32,000 bases of DNA from Candidatus Heimdallarchaeota archaeon (GTDB lineage Archaea; Asgardarchaeota; Heimdallarchaeia; Heimdallarchaeales; Heimdallarchaeaceae). Location of the stretch: NCBI GenBank assembly GCA_030668875.1, contig DAOVER010000003.1, positions 1 to 32,000 on the forward strand, given 5' to 3'. The notes below the pieces were generated by a model that saw only the letters and a list, made by a program, of their open reading frames with translations, did not search any database and had not been told where the DNA came from. Positions 8,043-17,283 of this stretch are shown in pieces. Positions within the stretch are counted from its first letter, which is position 1. Every line of letters starts with the position of its first letter. The position numbers and the translations under genes were made by a program.

Positions 8043-8139
8043 GATGAGAGAAACGCTTATATATTTGTGAGAGTTGATGTATTTAGACACGAAAAAACAG
8101 TGTCTCTATCAATCAATAAAACAAAGAGGTAAAATCAAA

Positions 8140-8394
8140 ATGGCAGTAAAATATGAACAAAAAAATGAACTGTTAAAAAATTTCAATGCTCTGAAGGCAT
8201 TGTACGATCTCGAATTTGTTGAAGAAGAGAACTTAAGCAACATCTTAAACCAGCTAGCTGAGAACATGTATAGTAACGATCTCCGCAAAGCGTATCCTGA
8301 TATGAAACATTATCAGAACTATCGCCTCCGACAATCAGTAGAAAACGATAGGAATCGTTCTCTCTCGAAACTCGTGCTACACAGAGGTTCTTAA
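8140..8394 (+). CDS. Small helical hypothetical protein 1 (likely start MAVKY at 8140; ORF track 8074)
   Basis: GAGGT RBS before ATG 8140; similar to the following gene. Confidence 0.7.
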   Translation: MAVKYEQKNELLKNFNALKALYDLEFVEEENLSNILNQLAENMYSNDLRKAYPDMKHYQNYRLRQSVENDRNRSLSKLVLHRGS

Positions 8395-8510
8395 CTTAAC
8401 TAATTCTTTTTCATATAATGAAATCAGTAGGACGACTATCACAACTTGTGCTAACAAGTAGTGAGTTATCATTAATAAATATCAAGTGAGAAAAATAATG
8501 AGGTGGTTTC

Positions 8511-8774
8511 ATGATTAATAAAACCGAAAAAAAAGAAGAGTTAATAAGATTATTCCAAAATCTCAAGGAAATCAAACATTACGCCTTTGAGGATGAAGAC
8601 CTAATCTTGTCCCTCTTGGATAAATTATCTGCATCCTTGTTTGGATCAAAGTATGATTATTGTTCAACACCTGAATACAAAGAACACTGTAAAAACATCA
8701 TCAAAGAAGATCTAAAGAGAGAGAAAGAAAAAAATCTTGTTACAAAAGCATTGATGACTGGAACATTATTCTAA
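8511..8774 (+). CDS. Small helical hypothetical protein 2
   Basis: GAGGTGG RBS; EKKEELIRLFQNLK..FEDEDLILSLLDKLS resembles EQKNELLKNFNALK..FVEEENLSNILNQLA; T-tract downstream. Confidence 0.75.
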   Translation: MINKTEKKEELIRLFQNLKEIKHYAFEDEDLILSLLDKLSASLFGSKYDYCSTPEYKEHCKNIIKEDLKREKEKNLVTKALMTGTLF

Positions 8775-8940
8775 ATCAGTCAACTTTCTCTCTCCCACTC
8801 TTTCTTTTTTATTTTTCAAAAAATAATGGATTAATGTTTGTTATCAACTAGCTATTTTTTGTGCCTGTCTTTACTTTTTTCCCTTTTCCCCTTAAGTAAT
8901 CTTTAAAATCATTCCTATCTAATGTAGACAATATACTTCA

Positions 8941-9729
8941 ATGGTGAATACCGTGGGAAAGAAAAAATCTACTGAGCAACTTGACAGAGATATACAAAAC
9001 CTGGTGAAGAAGATTTCAGTTATTGAAAAATTCGTTAATGTGGAAAAGAATCAGCAAGATACTCGGGTTGGAAAACTTGAAAAATCCTCTGAGTCGATAG
9101 ATAATTACCTCAAGGCTCTTCGTATCGAAGTACAGGCTTTAAATCAGAATTTTGAAAAGGATATAATTGAACATGATGAAAAACTTGCTAAAATCCTCGA
9201 AGATTTTAGTTCATTCCAAAACACCTTAGATTCTGAGATAGAAAAAGTTGTAGAAAAAGATAAAGTTATGGAAGAACTTCGATCAACAGTTAAAGAAAAG
9301 ACTGCTTTGCTTGAAGAAAGAGAAAAAAACCTTGCAAATATGGAAGAAAAGTATTCTAAGGCTTTGGAGAAAATCGCTAAACTTGAGTCTAATTTAGCTA
9401 ATATTGAAATAAAATATGAACAAACAAAAACCCTTCAAGAAGAAATAAAGAAAAACTTAGAATCCATTGAAGGAGAATATAGTGATTTCAAATTGAAAGA
9501 AGAACCTATCCGTGCACAAAATGAGAGTATTCGACGTCTTTTAAATGCTCATGATCAAGGAAAGATCTATCTAGCTCTTGTTTCTGCTTCATCAAATAGT
9601 TTATCTCTCGATGAATTAGCTGATGTGACAGGTTCCACCGCTGTTATGCTTAAACCTTCCTTGCTTGCAATGGAAGATTTAGAAGTAATAGAATTCAATC
9701 CTAGTACGCGAGAAGTTAAATTAATATAA
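8941..9729 (+). CDS. Long coiled-coil protein with C-terminal winged helix
   Basis: About 190 aa of heptad-like E/K/L sequence, then GKIYLALV..LSLDELADVTGSTAVMLKPSLLAMEDLEVIEF..EVKL. Confidence 0.75.
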   Translation: MVNTVGKKKSTEQLDRDIQNLVKKISVIEKFVNVEKNQQDTRVGKLEKSSESIDNYLKALRIEVQALNQNFEKDIIEHDEKLAKILEDFSSFQNTLDSEIEKVVEKDKVMEELRSTVKEKTALLEEREKNLANMEEKYSKALEKIAKLESNLANIEIKYEQTKTLQEEIKKNLESIEGEYSDFKLKEEPIRAQNESIRRLLNAHDQGKIYLALVSASSNSLSLDELADVTGSTAVMLKPSLLAMEDLEVIEFNPSTREVKLI

Positions 9730-9797
9730 ACTTCATTTATCTACTTTTTTCTATGTCGTTAAAAGTTAATATTTTATATTAAGTTTAGAGATTCTAA

Positions 9798-10610
9798 ATG
9801 GTTACCATGGATAAATACTTTGAAACCAATCTGAAACATTGGAACGAGCTTGTATCTGTTCATACTGATAAGAACTGTTACAACCTTGATGATTTTATGA
9901 AAAACCCTAACTCTCTTCATTCTGTTGAATTGGAAGCTTTGGGAAATGTACAAGACAAAACTCTTCTGCATCTTCAATGTCATTTCGGAATGGATTCTTT
10001 GTCTTGGGCAAAACTAGGTGCCAAAGTTACTGCAATGGATTTTTCTGATAAAGGAATAGAGTTTGCAAAAACTTTGAGCAAAAAATTAAATATTCCAACT
10101 TATTTTATTTGTTCTAATATTTATGACTTACCTGATGTTTTAGATGAAAAATTCGATATAGTTTTCACTTCTTATGGTGCTTTATATTGGTTACATGATA
10201 TTCCTAGATGGGCAAAAATTGTTTCCAACTATGTCAAAAAGGGTGGTACCTTCTTCATTGCAGAATTTCATCCCGTGTTCGGTGTTTTTGATGATAACAA
10301 CAAGACAGATCTAGTTGTAAAGTATCCATATTTCGATATTGGTGAACCAATGTATTTTGATGAATGTGGTAGCTATGCTGATCCTAATGCTAAACTTAAA
10401 AATAATGAAACATATGGCTGGTCTCATAGTTTAAGCACTATAATTAACTCATTGATTAGTGCAGGATTAACAATACAAAGTTTTAATGAATTTCCTTTTT
10501 CCGTTGATTTTCTTCTACCATTTATGGTCAAAGGAAGTGATGGATATTATCGTTTAAGAGATACTGACCAAGAATTACCTTTAATGTTTTCAATTAAAGC
10601 AACAAAATAA
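9798..10610 (+). CDS. Class I SAM-dependent methyltransferase
   Basis: LLHLQCHFGMDSL, VTAMDFS, FDIVFTSYGAL, VKKGGTFFIAEFHP motifs. Confidence 0.92.
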   Translation: MVTMDKYFETNLKHWNELVSVHTDKNCYNLDDFMKNPNSLHSVELEALGNVQDKTLLHLQCHFGMDSLSWAKLGAKVTAMDFSDKGIEFAKTLSKKLNIPTYFICSNIYDLPDVLDEKFDIVFTSYGALYWLHDIPRWAKIVSNYVKKGGTFFIAEFHPVFGVFDDNNKTDLVVKYPYFDIGEPMYFDECGSYADPNAKLKNNETYGWSHSLSTIINSLISAGLTIQSFNEFPFSVDFLLPFMVKGSDGYYRLRDTDQELPLMFSIKATK

Positions 10611-10705
10611 AATGGGATAGATACGGACTACGGACTTGTTCTGACCAAAACTCAAAAAAACATCCGACATAAAGGTTAAAAACCCTATCTAACTCTTAGT
10701 ATTAC

Positions 10706-10730
10706 AATCACTTTTTAAGTGATTTATAAA
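10706..10730 (+). promoter_or_regulatory. Palindrome abutting the TATA box of the small-gene/parB operon
   Basis: AATCACTT-TTT-AAGTGATT (10706-10724) overlapping TTTATAAA (10723-10730). Confidence 0.5.
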
Positions 10731-10775
10731 TAATGTAAGTGAAAACAACAGAGTCACATAAAAACTGTTTACAAG

Positions 10776-11006
10776 GTGTATCAATTGAAATTAGATGACA
10801 ATATATTCTATTTATTGGATGCTGGAGAAAATAAATGGATTTTCACCAATCGCACTGAAGCTATCACTCAGATGAAAGGTGTTGTGAAAGATGGTAATAT
10901 TGATGCTATCAAGCTGCTGAGTATTAATGCTGAAGATGATAATTGGGTCATCCAACAATATCCGTGGAAAGAAATAGCTTTCGAATTAATTAAAGAACAG
11001 GGGTGA
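10776..11006 (+). CDS. Small hypothetical protein coupled to parB (alternative TTG start 10785)
   Basis: 76-aa ORF; its stop lies within the GGTGA RBS of parB, 6 nt before the parB ATG. Confidence 0.75.
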   Translation: MYQLKLDDNIFYLLDAGENKWIFTNRTEAITQMKGVVKDGNIDAIKLLSINAEDDNWVIQQYPWKEIAFELIKEQG

Positions 11007-11012
11007 GTTTGA

Positions 11013-12107
11013 ATGGAAATAGTTCAAATCCCAATAAACAAAATAAGTCCAAGTCCCTTCCAACCAAGAGAAACGTTTGATAAAGAAGCGATAGAAGAAT
11101 TAGCAGCTTCAATTAAAGAATTTGATCTTCTTAATCCTATACTAGTTAGACCAACTGGTGACGAAAGCTACCAAATCGTAGCTGGTGAAAGAAGATGGAG
11201 AGCTGCTCAATTTGCAGATCTAGACACAATCTACGCTATTGTAAGAGATATAGATGAAAGTAGACAGCGTGTTGAATCTTTAATAGAAAATATTCATAGA
11301 AAAGATCTTTACATGATTGAAAAAGGACGAGGAGTTTTAGAAATATTTAGAGCAGAAGGTATTATACAAAGTCCAAAAAGTTTAGCTAATATTATTAATA
11401 GTATTGAAAGGAAGAAATCAAAAAATCTTTCACTTATCCCAACAGAGGATAGAATTAATGAGATCTGCCAGAAAATTCACATTAAATCTAATACAATTAG
11501 GCTTTGGTTAGAATCTGCTTCAGTTAGTGAGGATATCATCAGTGAAGAATTCTCAAAACCTGAAGAAGAGAGAATTCCTGAAAGAATTTTATCAAGATTA
11601 TCTACAATAGCTGATCCTGATTTGCAAAAGAAAACTTATGCAAAAATAGTCAATCAAGACATGGGTAAAGATGAAGCTAGTAAATTTGTTTCTCAAATTA
11701 AAAAAGTACCCAAGGCTGAACGAGAAGCTATCTTAACTACTGGAATTCCAATAGAAGTAATAGGAGATGCAAAAGAAGGCTACAGTATTGAAATTCCTAA
11801 AGAGGAAATTGAATCTGTGAAGAAGGCAGTTGGAGTTGGCAAGAAGAAAGCAGCTGCAATACTAACCAAACCCATAATCGAAGAAAGAGGAAAACATCGA
11901 AGGAATCAACAAGCCCATAGTAAACTTCTTGATTTACTTAACGATCTTTTCTGTCCTTGGTGTGGTAAACCCGCTTCTACTCATCTTCGTTGGACCTGTC
12001 ATTCCGATGAAACTTTAGCTGAGGCCAAAGAACAAGCAAAAGAAAACTATTCTGATGCAAATAAACGAGAAGAAGTTGATTCTCGATTTATGAAGAAGAA
12101 GAAATGA
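11013..12107 (+). CDS. parB: ParB/Spo0J-family protein with C-terminal Cys/His motif
   Basis: PSPFQPRETF, LLNPILVR, YQIVAGERRWRAA, SLIENIHRKDL; HTH INEICQKIHIKSNTIRLWL; tail FCPWCGK..HLRWTCH. Confidence 0.9.
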   Translation: MEIVQIPINKISPSPFQPRETFDKEAIEELAASIKEFDLLNPILVRPTGDESYQIVAGERRWRAAQFADLDTIYAIVRDIDESRQRVESLIENIHRKDLYMIEKGRGVLEIFRAEGIIQSPKSLANIINSIERKKSKNLSLIPTEDRINEICQKIHIKSNTIRLWLESASVSEDIISEEFSKPEEERIPERILSRLSTIADPDLQKKTYAKIVNQDMGKDEASKFVSQIKKVPKAEREAILTTGIPIEVIGDAKEGYSIEIPKEEIESVKKAVGVGKKKAAAILTKPIIEERGKHRRNQQAHSKLLDLLNDLFCPWCGKPASTHLRWTCHSDETLAEAKEQAKENYSDANKREEVDSRFMKKKK

Positions 12108-12115
12108 TTTATTCC

Positions 12116-12134
12116 TATTCTTTCTTTTTATTTC
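12116..12134 (+). terminator. Oligo-T archaeal terminator after parB
   Basis: TATTCTTTCTTTTTATTTC just after the stop. Confidence 0.45.
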
Positions 12135-12195
12135 ATTTAATTGTTGATGTTGATAGCTAATCTCTTAAATACATTTTAGAAGATTTAGCTTTGAT

Positions 12196-13404
12196 ATGGT
12201 TGCAATCAAAGTAGTTTACGGTGCTACATGGTGTCCTGGGTGTTCACGATTAATGTCTTATCTAGATGAACACAAGGTTGAATATAAGTGGATAAACATA
12301 GACGATGACCCAGAAGCTCTAGGAATTGTTGAAAAAATTAACGATGGTAAAAAACGTGTTCCCACGGTTGAGTTTACAGATGGAGCTTTTATGGTACATC
12401 CAACCCAGGAGGAAATTGCTAAAAAGATTGGTTTGATCAAAGATATGGGATTAGATTTTCATGATTTGATCATTATTGGAGGAGGATTAGCTGGTTTAAA
12501 TTGCGCCCTGTATGCTGCAAGAGAAGGTCATGACATCGTCGTCATAGAAAAAAGTGGAATAGGAAGTCCTAATGCTTATATTGAGATTCTAGATGATTAT
12601 CCGGGATTTATTGACGCAATAGACGGAGTAGAGCTAACGAAAAGATTTTCCAAACAAGCAAAAGCAATTGGTGTTGAATTCCTTACATCTACTGAAGTAG
12701 TTGATATCCTCTTCAGAGGTTCTCATCTCATGGTTAGAACCACAGCTGGAAGAACTATTGGTGGAAAAGCAGTTTTGTCTGCAACTGGTAGAAAATATAG
12801 AATGCTTCACATTCCTGGTGAAAAAGAATTACTTGGATATAGTGTTCATTATTGTGCAACTTGTGATGGAGTGTTCTATAAAGGCAAAGAAATAGTGATT
12901 ATTGGTGGTGGAGTAAAGGCTCACGAAGATGCTATCTTTCTTTCTCGTTTTGCAAGTAAAGTTACGATTGTAGGTAGATCAGATATCTGGAAAGCCCCCT
13001 ATGAATTGAGACGTTTAGTCTCCGAAAAAGAGAATATTGAGCTGATAAAAAACCATGAAGCTATAGAATTCATATTTAAGGATAAACACGTTCTTAATGG
13101 TATTAAATTCTATGATAAAAAATCGGATAAGGAAGTAATATTCAAGGCTGATGGAGCTTTTGTTTCAATAGGTTATACACCAGATGTCGGTTTTGCAGTT
13201 GGATTGTTTAACTATAATGAGGATGGTTTCATTGAAACCAATACGAATTTAATGACAAAAACTCCTGGTTTGTTCGCTGCTGGAGACTGTAGAACATGCT
13301 GTACTCATCAACCAATTTTAGCTGCAGGTGATGGAATTGCATCTGCTGTTATAATACACGAATATCTATTAGAGAAGAAGAAGGAAAAAGGATTGAAGTC
13401 TTAA
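12196..13404 (+). CDS. trxB: Glutaredoxin/NrdH-like domain fused to thioredoxin reductase
   Basis: N-terminal WCPGC and RVPTV; IIIGGGLAG; YCATCDG; IIGGG; FAAGDC. Confidence 0.9.
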   Translation: MVAIKVVYGATWCPGCSRLMSYLDEHKVEYKWINIDDDPEALGIVEKINDGKKRVPTVEFTDGAFMVHPTQEEIAKKIGLIKDMGLDFHDLIIIGGGLAGLNCALYAAREGHDIVVIEKSGIGSPNAYIEILDDYPGFIDAIDGVELTKRFSKQAKAIGVEFLTSTEVVDILFRGSHLMVRTTAGRTIGGKAVLSATGRKYRMLHIPGEKELLGYSVHYCATCDGVFYKGKEIVIIGGGVKAHEDAIFLSRFASKVTIVGRSDIWKAPYELRRLVSEKENIELIKNHEAIEFIFKDKHVLNGIKFYDKKSDKEVIFKADGAFVSIGYTPDVGFAVGLFNYNEDGFIETNTNLMTKTPGLFAAGDCRTCCTHQPILAAGDGIASAVIIHEYLLEKKKEKGLKS

Positions 13405-13467
13405 CAACATATAGAAGGTTATTTTCCTTCAGAGAATGTTCATATATTATTAAGAATTGAGTATAGT

Positions 13468-15465
13468 GTGAAATCAAATAGTTCTCCCCATTCTAAATCA
13501 AAAGAAGTACATTTTTCAAAAATAACTATTACTGATGAGTTCTGGAAAACAAAGCAGGAAACAAATCGAAACTCAGCTATTTTACATCAATGGGAACAGT
13601 TAGAAAAGTCCAAAACAATAGATAATTTTAGGTGTTTATCCGGGGAAAAGGAAGGATTTAGGACAGGATATTTTTACACAGATTCTGATTCACATAAATG
13701 GGCAGAAGCTGCTTCTTTAATTCTAACCAATTCTAAATCTAGAAAACTTGAAAAATTAGTTGAAGATTATTTTAACTTAATTGACAAAGTGCAAGAAGAT
13801 GATGGTTATATTTTTACTTACAATCAATTTCACTTTCCGGAGCAAAGGTGGAAAAACTTCCAAATTGAGCATGAACTATACTGCTTAGGGCATCTTATTG
13901 AAGCTACATGTGCATATTATTTAGCAACTGGAAATAAAAGAATACTTGAAATTGGAGAAACAGCTGCTAAGCTTGTTATTAATGGCTTGTCAGATTTCAC
14001 AGCCAAGCACACACCAGGACATCCTGAAATAGAAATAGCTTTAATCAAACTTTTTAGAATTACAAAGGAGAAATGTTATTTAGAACTTGCTGAAAAAATA
14101 TTAGAAAAAAGAGGTCGAATGAAATTCTTTGTTTTACAAATTCTTAAGGAGAATTTTTCACAATCAAAACGAACAAAACTCGTAGAAAAACAAAGGAAAA
14201 CAGCATCTATTGATAGTATGACTAGTGAAACAAAGATTATGTCAGATTTATCAAAAGATGGTCCTTCTGGTCTATTTATACGAACCTATTTACAATTTTT
14301 GTCTGGTAAGTATTTCCAGCAAAATGCGCCCATAAGGAAACTTAACAAACCAATTGGTCATAGTGTAAGATGGGGATATCTTGCAACTTCTATTACAATG
14401 TTATTCCAAGAAACAGGTGATGAAAGTTTACTAAATACTCTCGAAGAATCTTGGGATCATATGGTTTGTAAAAGAATGTATGTAACTGGGGGAATAGGAT
14501 CTTTGCCTTTGTCAGAGGGATTTGGTAGAGATTATGAATTGAATAATAGACACGCATATAATGAGACATGTGCTGCCATAAGTTCAATCTATTGGAGTTG
14601 GGAAATGCTCATCGCAACAGGTCAAGCTCAATATGCAGATTTGATGGAGTGGCAATTATATAATGCTTTTCTGGTTGGAATGTCAGAGGATGGAACAACT
14701 TACTTCTATAGAAATCCGCTTGAAACCAATGGAAATTTTGAAAGAAAACCTTGGTACAAAACAGCTTGTTGCCCCTCAAATATATCTAGAACATTAGCTA
14801 AAATAGGCCAATATATTTACTCTATAGATGATTCTACGCTGTGGATACATCAATATGTAGGTAGCTCCTTCAATTATGATTTAGAAGATGGCAAAGTGAT
14901 TTCTGTATCAATGAAATCCGGATTCCCTTGGAAGGGCAATGTCAAAATAACTATTGACAATGGATCAGAAAAGAAATTAGCTATTAAGTTAAGAATTCCT
15001 AGCTGGACAAGAAAAGCGTTAATCCTTGTAAATGGAAAGGAAGAAAGTATCCCTGAATTCTGTGAGTTAGACGAGAGTACAGCTTCTGGATACTCTCCTT
15101 ACAATTCCTATTATCTACCTTTAGAATTAGATTCAGGAAAATCTGAGATTGAAATGAATCTCCCCATGGAAACTCTCCTAAGGAAATCTGATAAGAGGGT
15201 TAAAGGTAATAGAGGAAAAATAGCTCTTACTCGGGGACCTTTAGTTTATTGCTTTGAAAGTATAGATAATCTAACATCAGATATCCCAGATTCTAGAATA
15301 AATTCCAACATGGTCATTAAAAAATTATCTTCTGATTCAGAAGATAAAGTAGTAATTTTAGGAATAGAAGACCCAAGTGGAGAAGCCCTGAAAGCAATCC
15401 CATACTTTAGCTGGGGGAACAGAGGGAAAACAGCTATGCAAGTATGGATTGATTATGAAAAATAA
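13468..15465 (+). CDS. GH127 beta-L-arabinofuranosidase-like glycoside hydrolase
   Basis: DSDSHKWAEA, HELYCLGHLIEA, GHPEIEIAL, GHSVR, YNETCAA, CCPSN, AIPYFSWGNRG. Confidence 0.92.
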   Translation: MKSNSSPHSKSKEVHFSKITITDEFWKTKQETNRNSAILHQWEQLEKSKTIDNFRCLSGEKEGFRTGYFYTDSDSHKWAEAASLILTNSKSRKLEKLVEDYFNLIDKVQEDDGYIFTYNQFHFPEQRWKNFQIEHELYCLGHLIEATCAYYLATGNKRILEIGETAAKLVINGLSDFTAKHTPGHPEIEIALIKLFRITKEKCYLELAEKILEKRGRMKFFVLQILKENFSQSKRTKLVEKQRKTASIDSMTSETKIMSDLSKDGPSGLFIRTYLQFLSGKYFQQNAPIRKLNKPIGHSVRWGYLATSITMLFQETGDESLLNTLEESWDHMVCKRMYVTGGIGSLPLSEGFGRDYELNNRHAYNETCAAISSIYWSWEMLIATGQAQYADLMEWQLYNAFLVGMSEDGTTYFYRNPLETNGNFERKPWYKTACCPSNISRTLAKIGQYIYSIDDSTLWIHQYVGSSFNYDLEDGKVISVSMKSGFPWKGNVKITIDNGSEKKLAIKLRIPSWTRKALILVNGKEESIPEFCELDESTASGYSPYNSYYLPLELDSGKSEIEMNLPMETLLRKSDKRVKGNRGKIALTRGPLVYCFESIDNLTSDIPDSRINSNMVIKKLSSDSEDKVVILGIEDPSGEALKAIPYFSWGNRGKTAMQVWIDYEK

Positions 15466-15554
15466 ATACTTGAGAAAGATGATTTCTTCTCTCTTATATT
15501 ACCACTAATTTTATATTTAACTATGTTTCAGCTTTTTCGATTAGGTGACTTTTA

Positions 15555-16364
15555 GTGATAGAGAAGAAGACCATCTTAGTAACAGGTGCTGCAAATGGTA
15601 TTGGTAAGTCAATTTCCCTGTATCTTGCATCAAAGGATTATTTTGTTTTTGCAACAGATGTTGATGAGAAAGGATTGAAATCTCTTGAAAAAATAGAGAA
15701 TATCAAATCTATTAATCTAAATATTAGTAATTCATCAGAAATTGATAGAGCAGTTAACGAAATAACAAATATTACAGCAGGTTTAGATGGTTTAGTTAAT
15801 AGCGCAGGAATCTTTATTGGAGGACCCATGCTAGAAATTTCAATTGAAGATATGCGCGCAATTCTAGAGACAAATGTTCTTGGAATGATTGATTTGACAC
15901 AAAAATTCTATCCTCTTCTACAGAAAAGAAAAGGGAAAATAATCAATCTTAGCTCAGAGGTAGGTAGATTTTCCTATCCTTTTAATGGTCCATACGGTAT
16001 CTCAAAATATGCTGTTGAAGCCTATTCAGATTCACTTAGAAGAGAATTAATGTTTAAAGGAATGAAAGTTATTAAGATACAACCTGGTGCATTTGACACT
16101 CAATTTATGACAGAAACAGAAGTTGAATACAAAAAGCTTATTGAAAAATCAAAGTTTAAAAATCAATTATCACGAATTTTGCCAGTTCTAGCGAAAGAGA
16201 AAAGGAAAAGTTCCAATCCCATTGTTATAGCAAAACTTGTTCACAAGATCATGAAAAAGAAATATCCACGCAGCTGCTATAAGGTTAAGAACAACAGATC
16301 TAGAATCATTTTGGAGTATCTTCCAACATCTTTAGCTGATTTCTTAATAAAACATTTCATCTAA
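15555..16364 (+). CDS. Short-chain dehydrogenase/reductase
   Basis: TGAANGIG, LVNSAG, NLSS, YGISK catalytic motif. Confidence 0.93.
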   Translation: MIEKKTILVTGAANGIGKSISLYLASKDYFVFATDVDEKGLKSLEKIENIKSINLNISNSSEIDRAVNEITNITAGLDGLVNSAGIFIGGPMLEISIEDMRAILETNVLGMIDLTQKFYPLLQKRKGKIINLSSEVGRFSYPFNGPYGISKYAVEAYSDSLRRELMFKGMKVIKIQPGAFDTQFMTETEVEYKKLIEKSKFKNQLSRILPVLAKEKRKSSNPIVIAKLVHKIMKKKYPRSCYKVKNNRSRIILEYLPTSLADFLIKHFI

Positions 16365-16411
16365 TATTTTTGCTAATAACATTTAAAATAAACTAAAGAA
16401 ATTTTCTCTCT

Positions 16412-17197
16412 ATGGCAATGGAACATATTGTTGCACGTTTGTTTGATATGGATTTTATTTATTTTGATTTGCTTTTTTGTGCATTATGGATGACAATTCT
16501 TCTAATAAGAAAAAAGCGTTTACAATGGGTATTTGGTCTTTTTGGTGCAGTTATTGTATTCATTTCTGACGATTTAGTATGGTATCATTTGCAAGGAACA
16601 AGAGTATTAGAAACTGTTCCCTTTAACAATGATCTCTTCTTACTCTACTTTTCTTTCACTTATGGTATGATAGAGTTTTCATATGTTGCTACAATGATTT
16701 CTGCAAAGAATTGGAAGACTATGTTATCATGGTCTCTGTTTCTCTATGGTGGTTGGTTTGCAACGGGTTTTCTTTCAAATTGGTTGCATATAGATGATAG
16801 AATTATTGACATCCATAGGGAAATGACTGAAATTGGAAGATGGATTCAAATTGCGATGGTTGTAGGAGGCTATCTCCTCCTTATTTTATTCAAATATAAA
16901 TGGAAACCATTTAAAAATCTATCATGGTTAAAACTCGGATATCTATTTCTTGTTGGTTTTTTAGTCCATTTTGGAATGGAGATAACTTTACTTGCAGCAG
17001 GTATTCGACCTTTGGATGGTTCTCTTGTCATTCTCATTTTTAACAGCTTTCTTGAATTTAACTCAGGGGTACCAGTAATTTTTATCGCTTGGACTTTGTT
17101 AGAAAACAGAGGAAGTAGCATGGAATCAGATGATTTACATTTAGAATCAGCTGAGTTAAGTGTATCAACAACAATAAAAAAGAGTAAGATTGAGTGA
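16412..17197 (+). CDS. Multi-pass membrane hypothetical protein
   Basis: Seven or more hydrophobic segments; co-oriented with GH127 and SDR. Confidence 0.8.
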   Translation: MAMEHIVARLFDMDFIYFDLLFCALWMTILLIRKKRLQWVFGLFGAVIVFISDDLVWYHLQGTRVLETVPFNNDLFLLYFSFTYGMIEFSYVATMISAKNWKTMLSWSLFLYGGWFATGFLSNWLHIDDRIIDIHREMTEIGRWIQIAMVVGGYLLLILFKYKWKPFKNLSWLKLGYLFLVGFLVHFGMEITLLAAGIRPLDGSLVILIFNSFLEFNSGVPVIFIAWTLLENRGSSMESDDLHLESAELSVSTTIKKSKIE

Positions 17198-17225
17198 AAG
17201 AAACAAATCCATCTCTCTGCTATTT
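17088..17225 (+). repeat. Imperfect direct repeat, copy 1 (3' end of membrane gene plus intergenic)
   Basis: Aligns to 19829-19967, about 80% identical by manual count. Confidence 0.9.
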
Positions 17226-17283
17226 CCAGATTCTTAATCGCTAGTTTACTTAAACACAGGAATTTCTTTGACAGAGGTAGAAT

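Noticed and set aside
8409-8460. Short 6-bp-arm palindromes
   Set aside because: Expected by chance in AT-rich DNA.
10622-10690. TACGGAC tandem and a possible Xer dif-like site upstream of parB
   Set aside because: Only two 7-mers; arm spacing does not fit the 11-6-11 dif layout.
10611-12195. Canonical bacterial parS
   Set aside because: No TGTTTCACGTGAAACA-like sequence was seen by eye.
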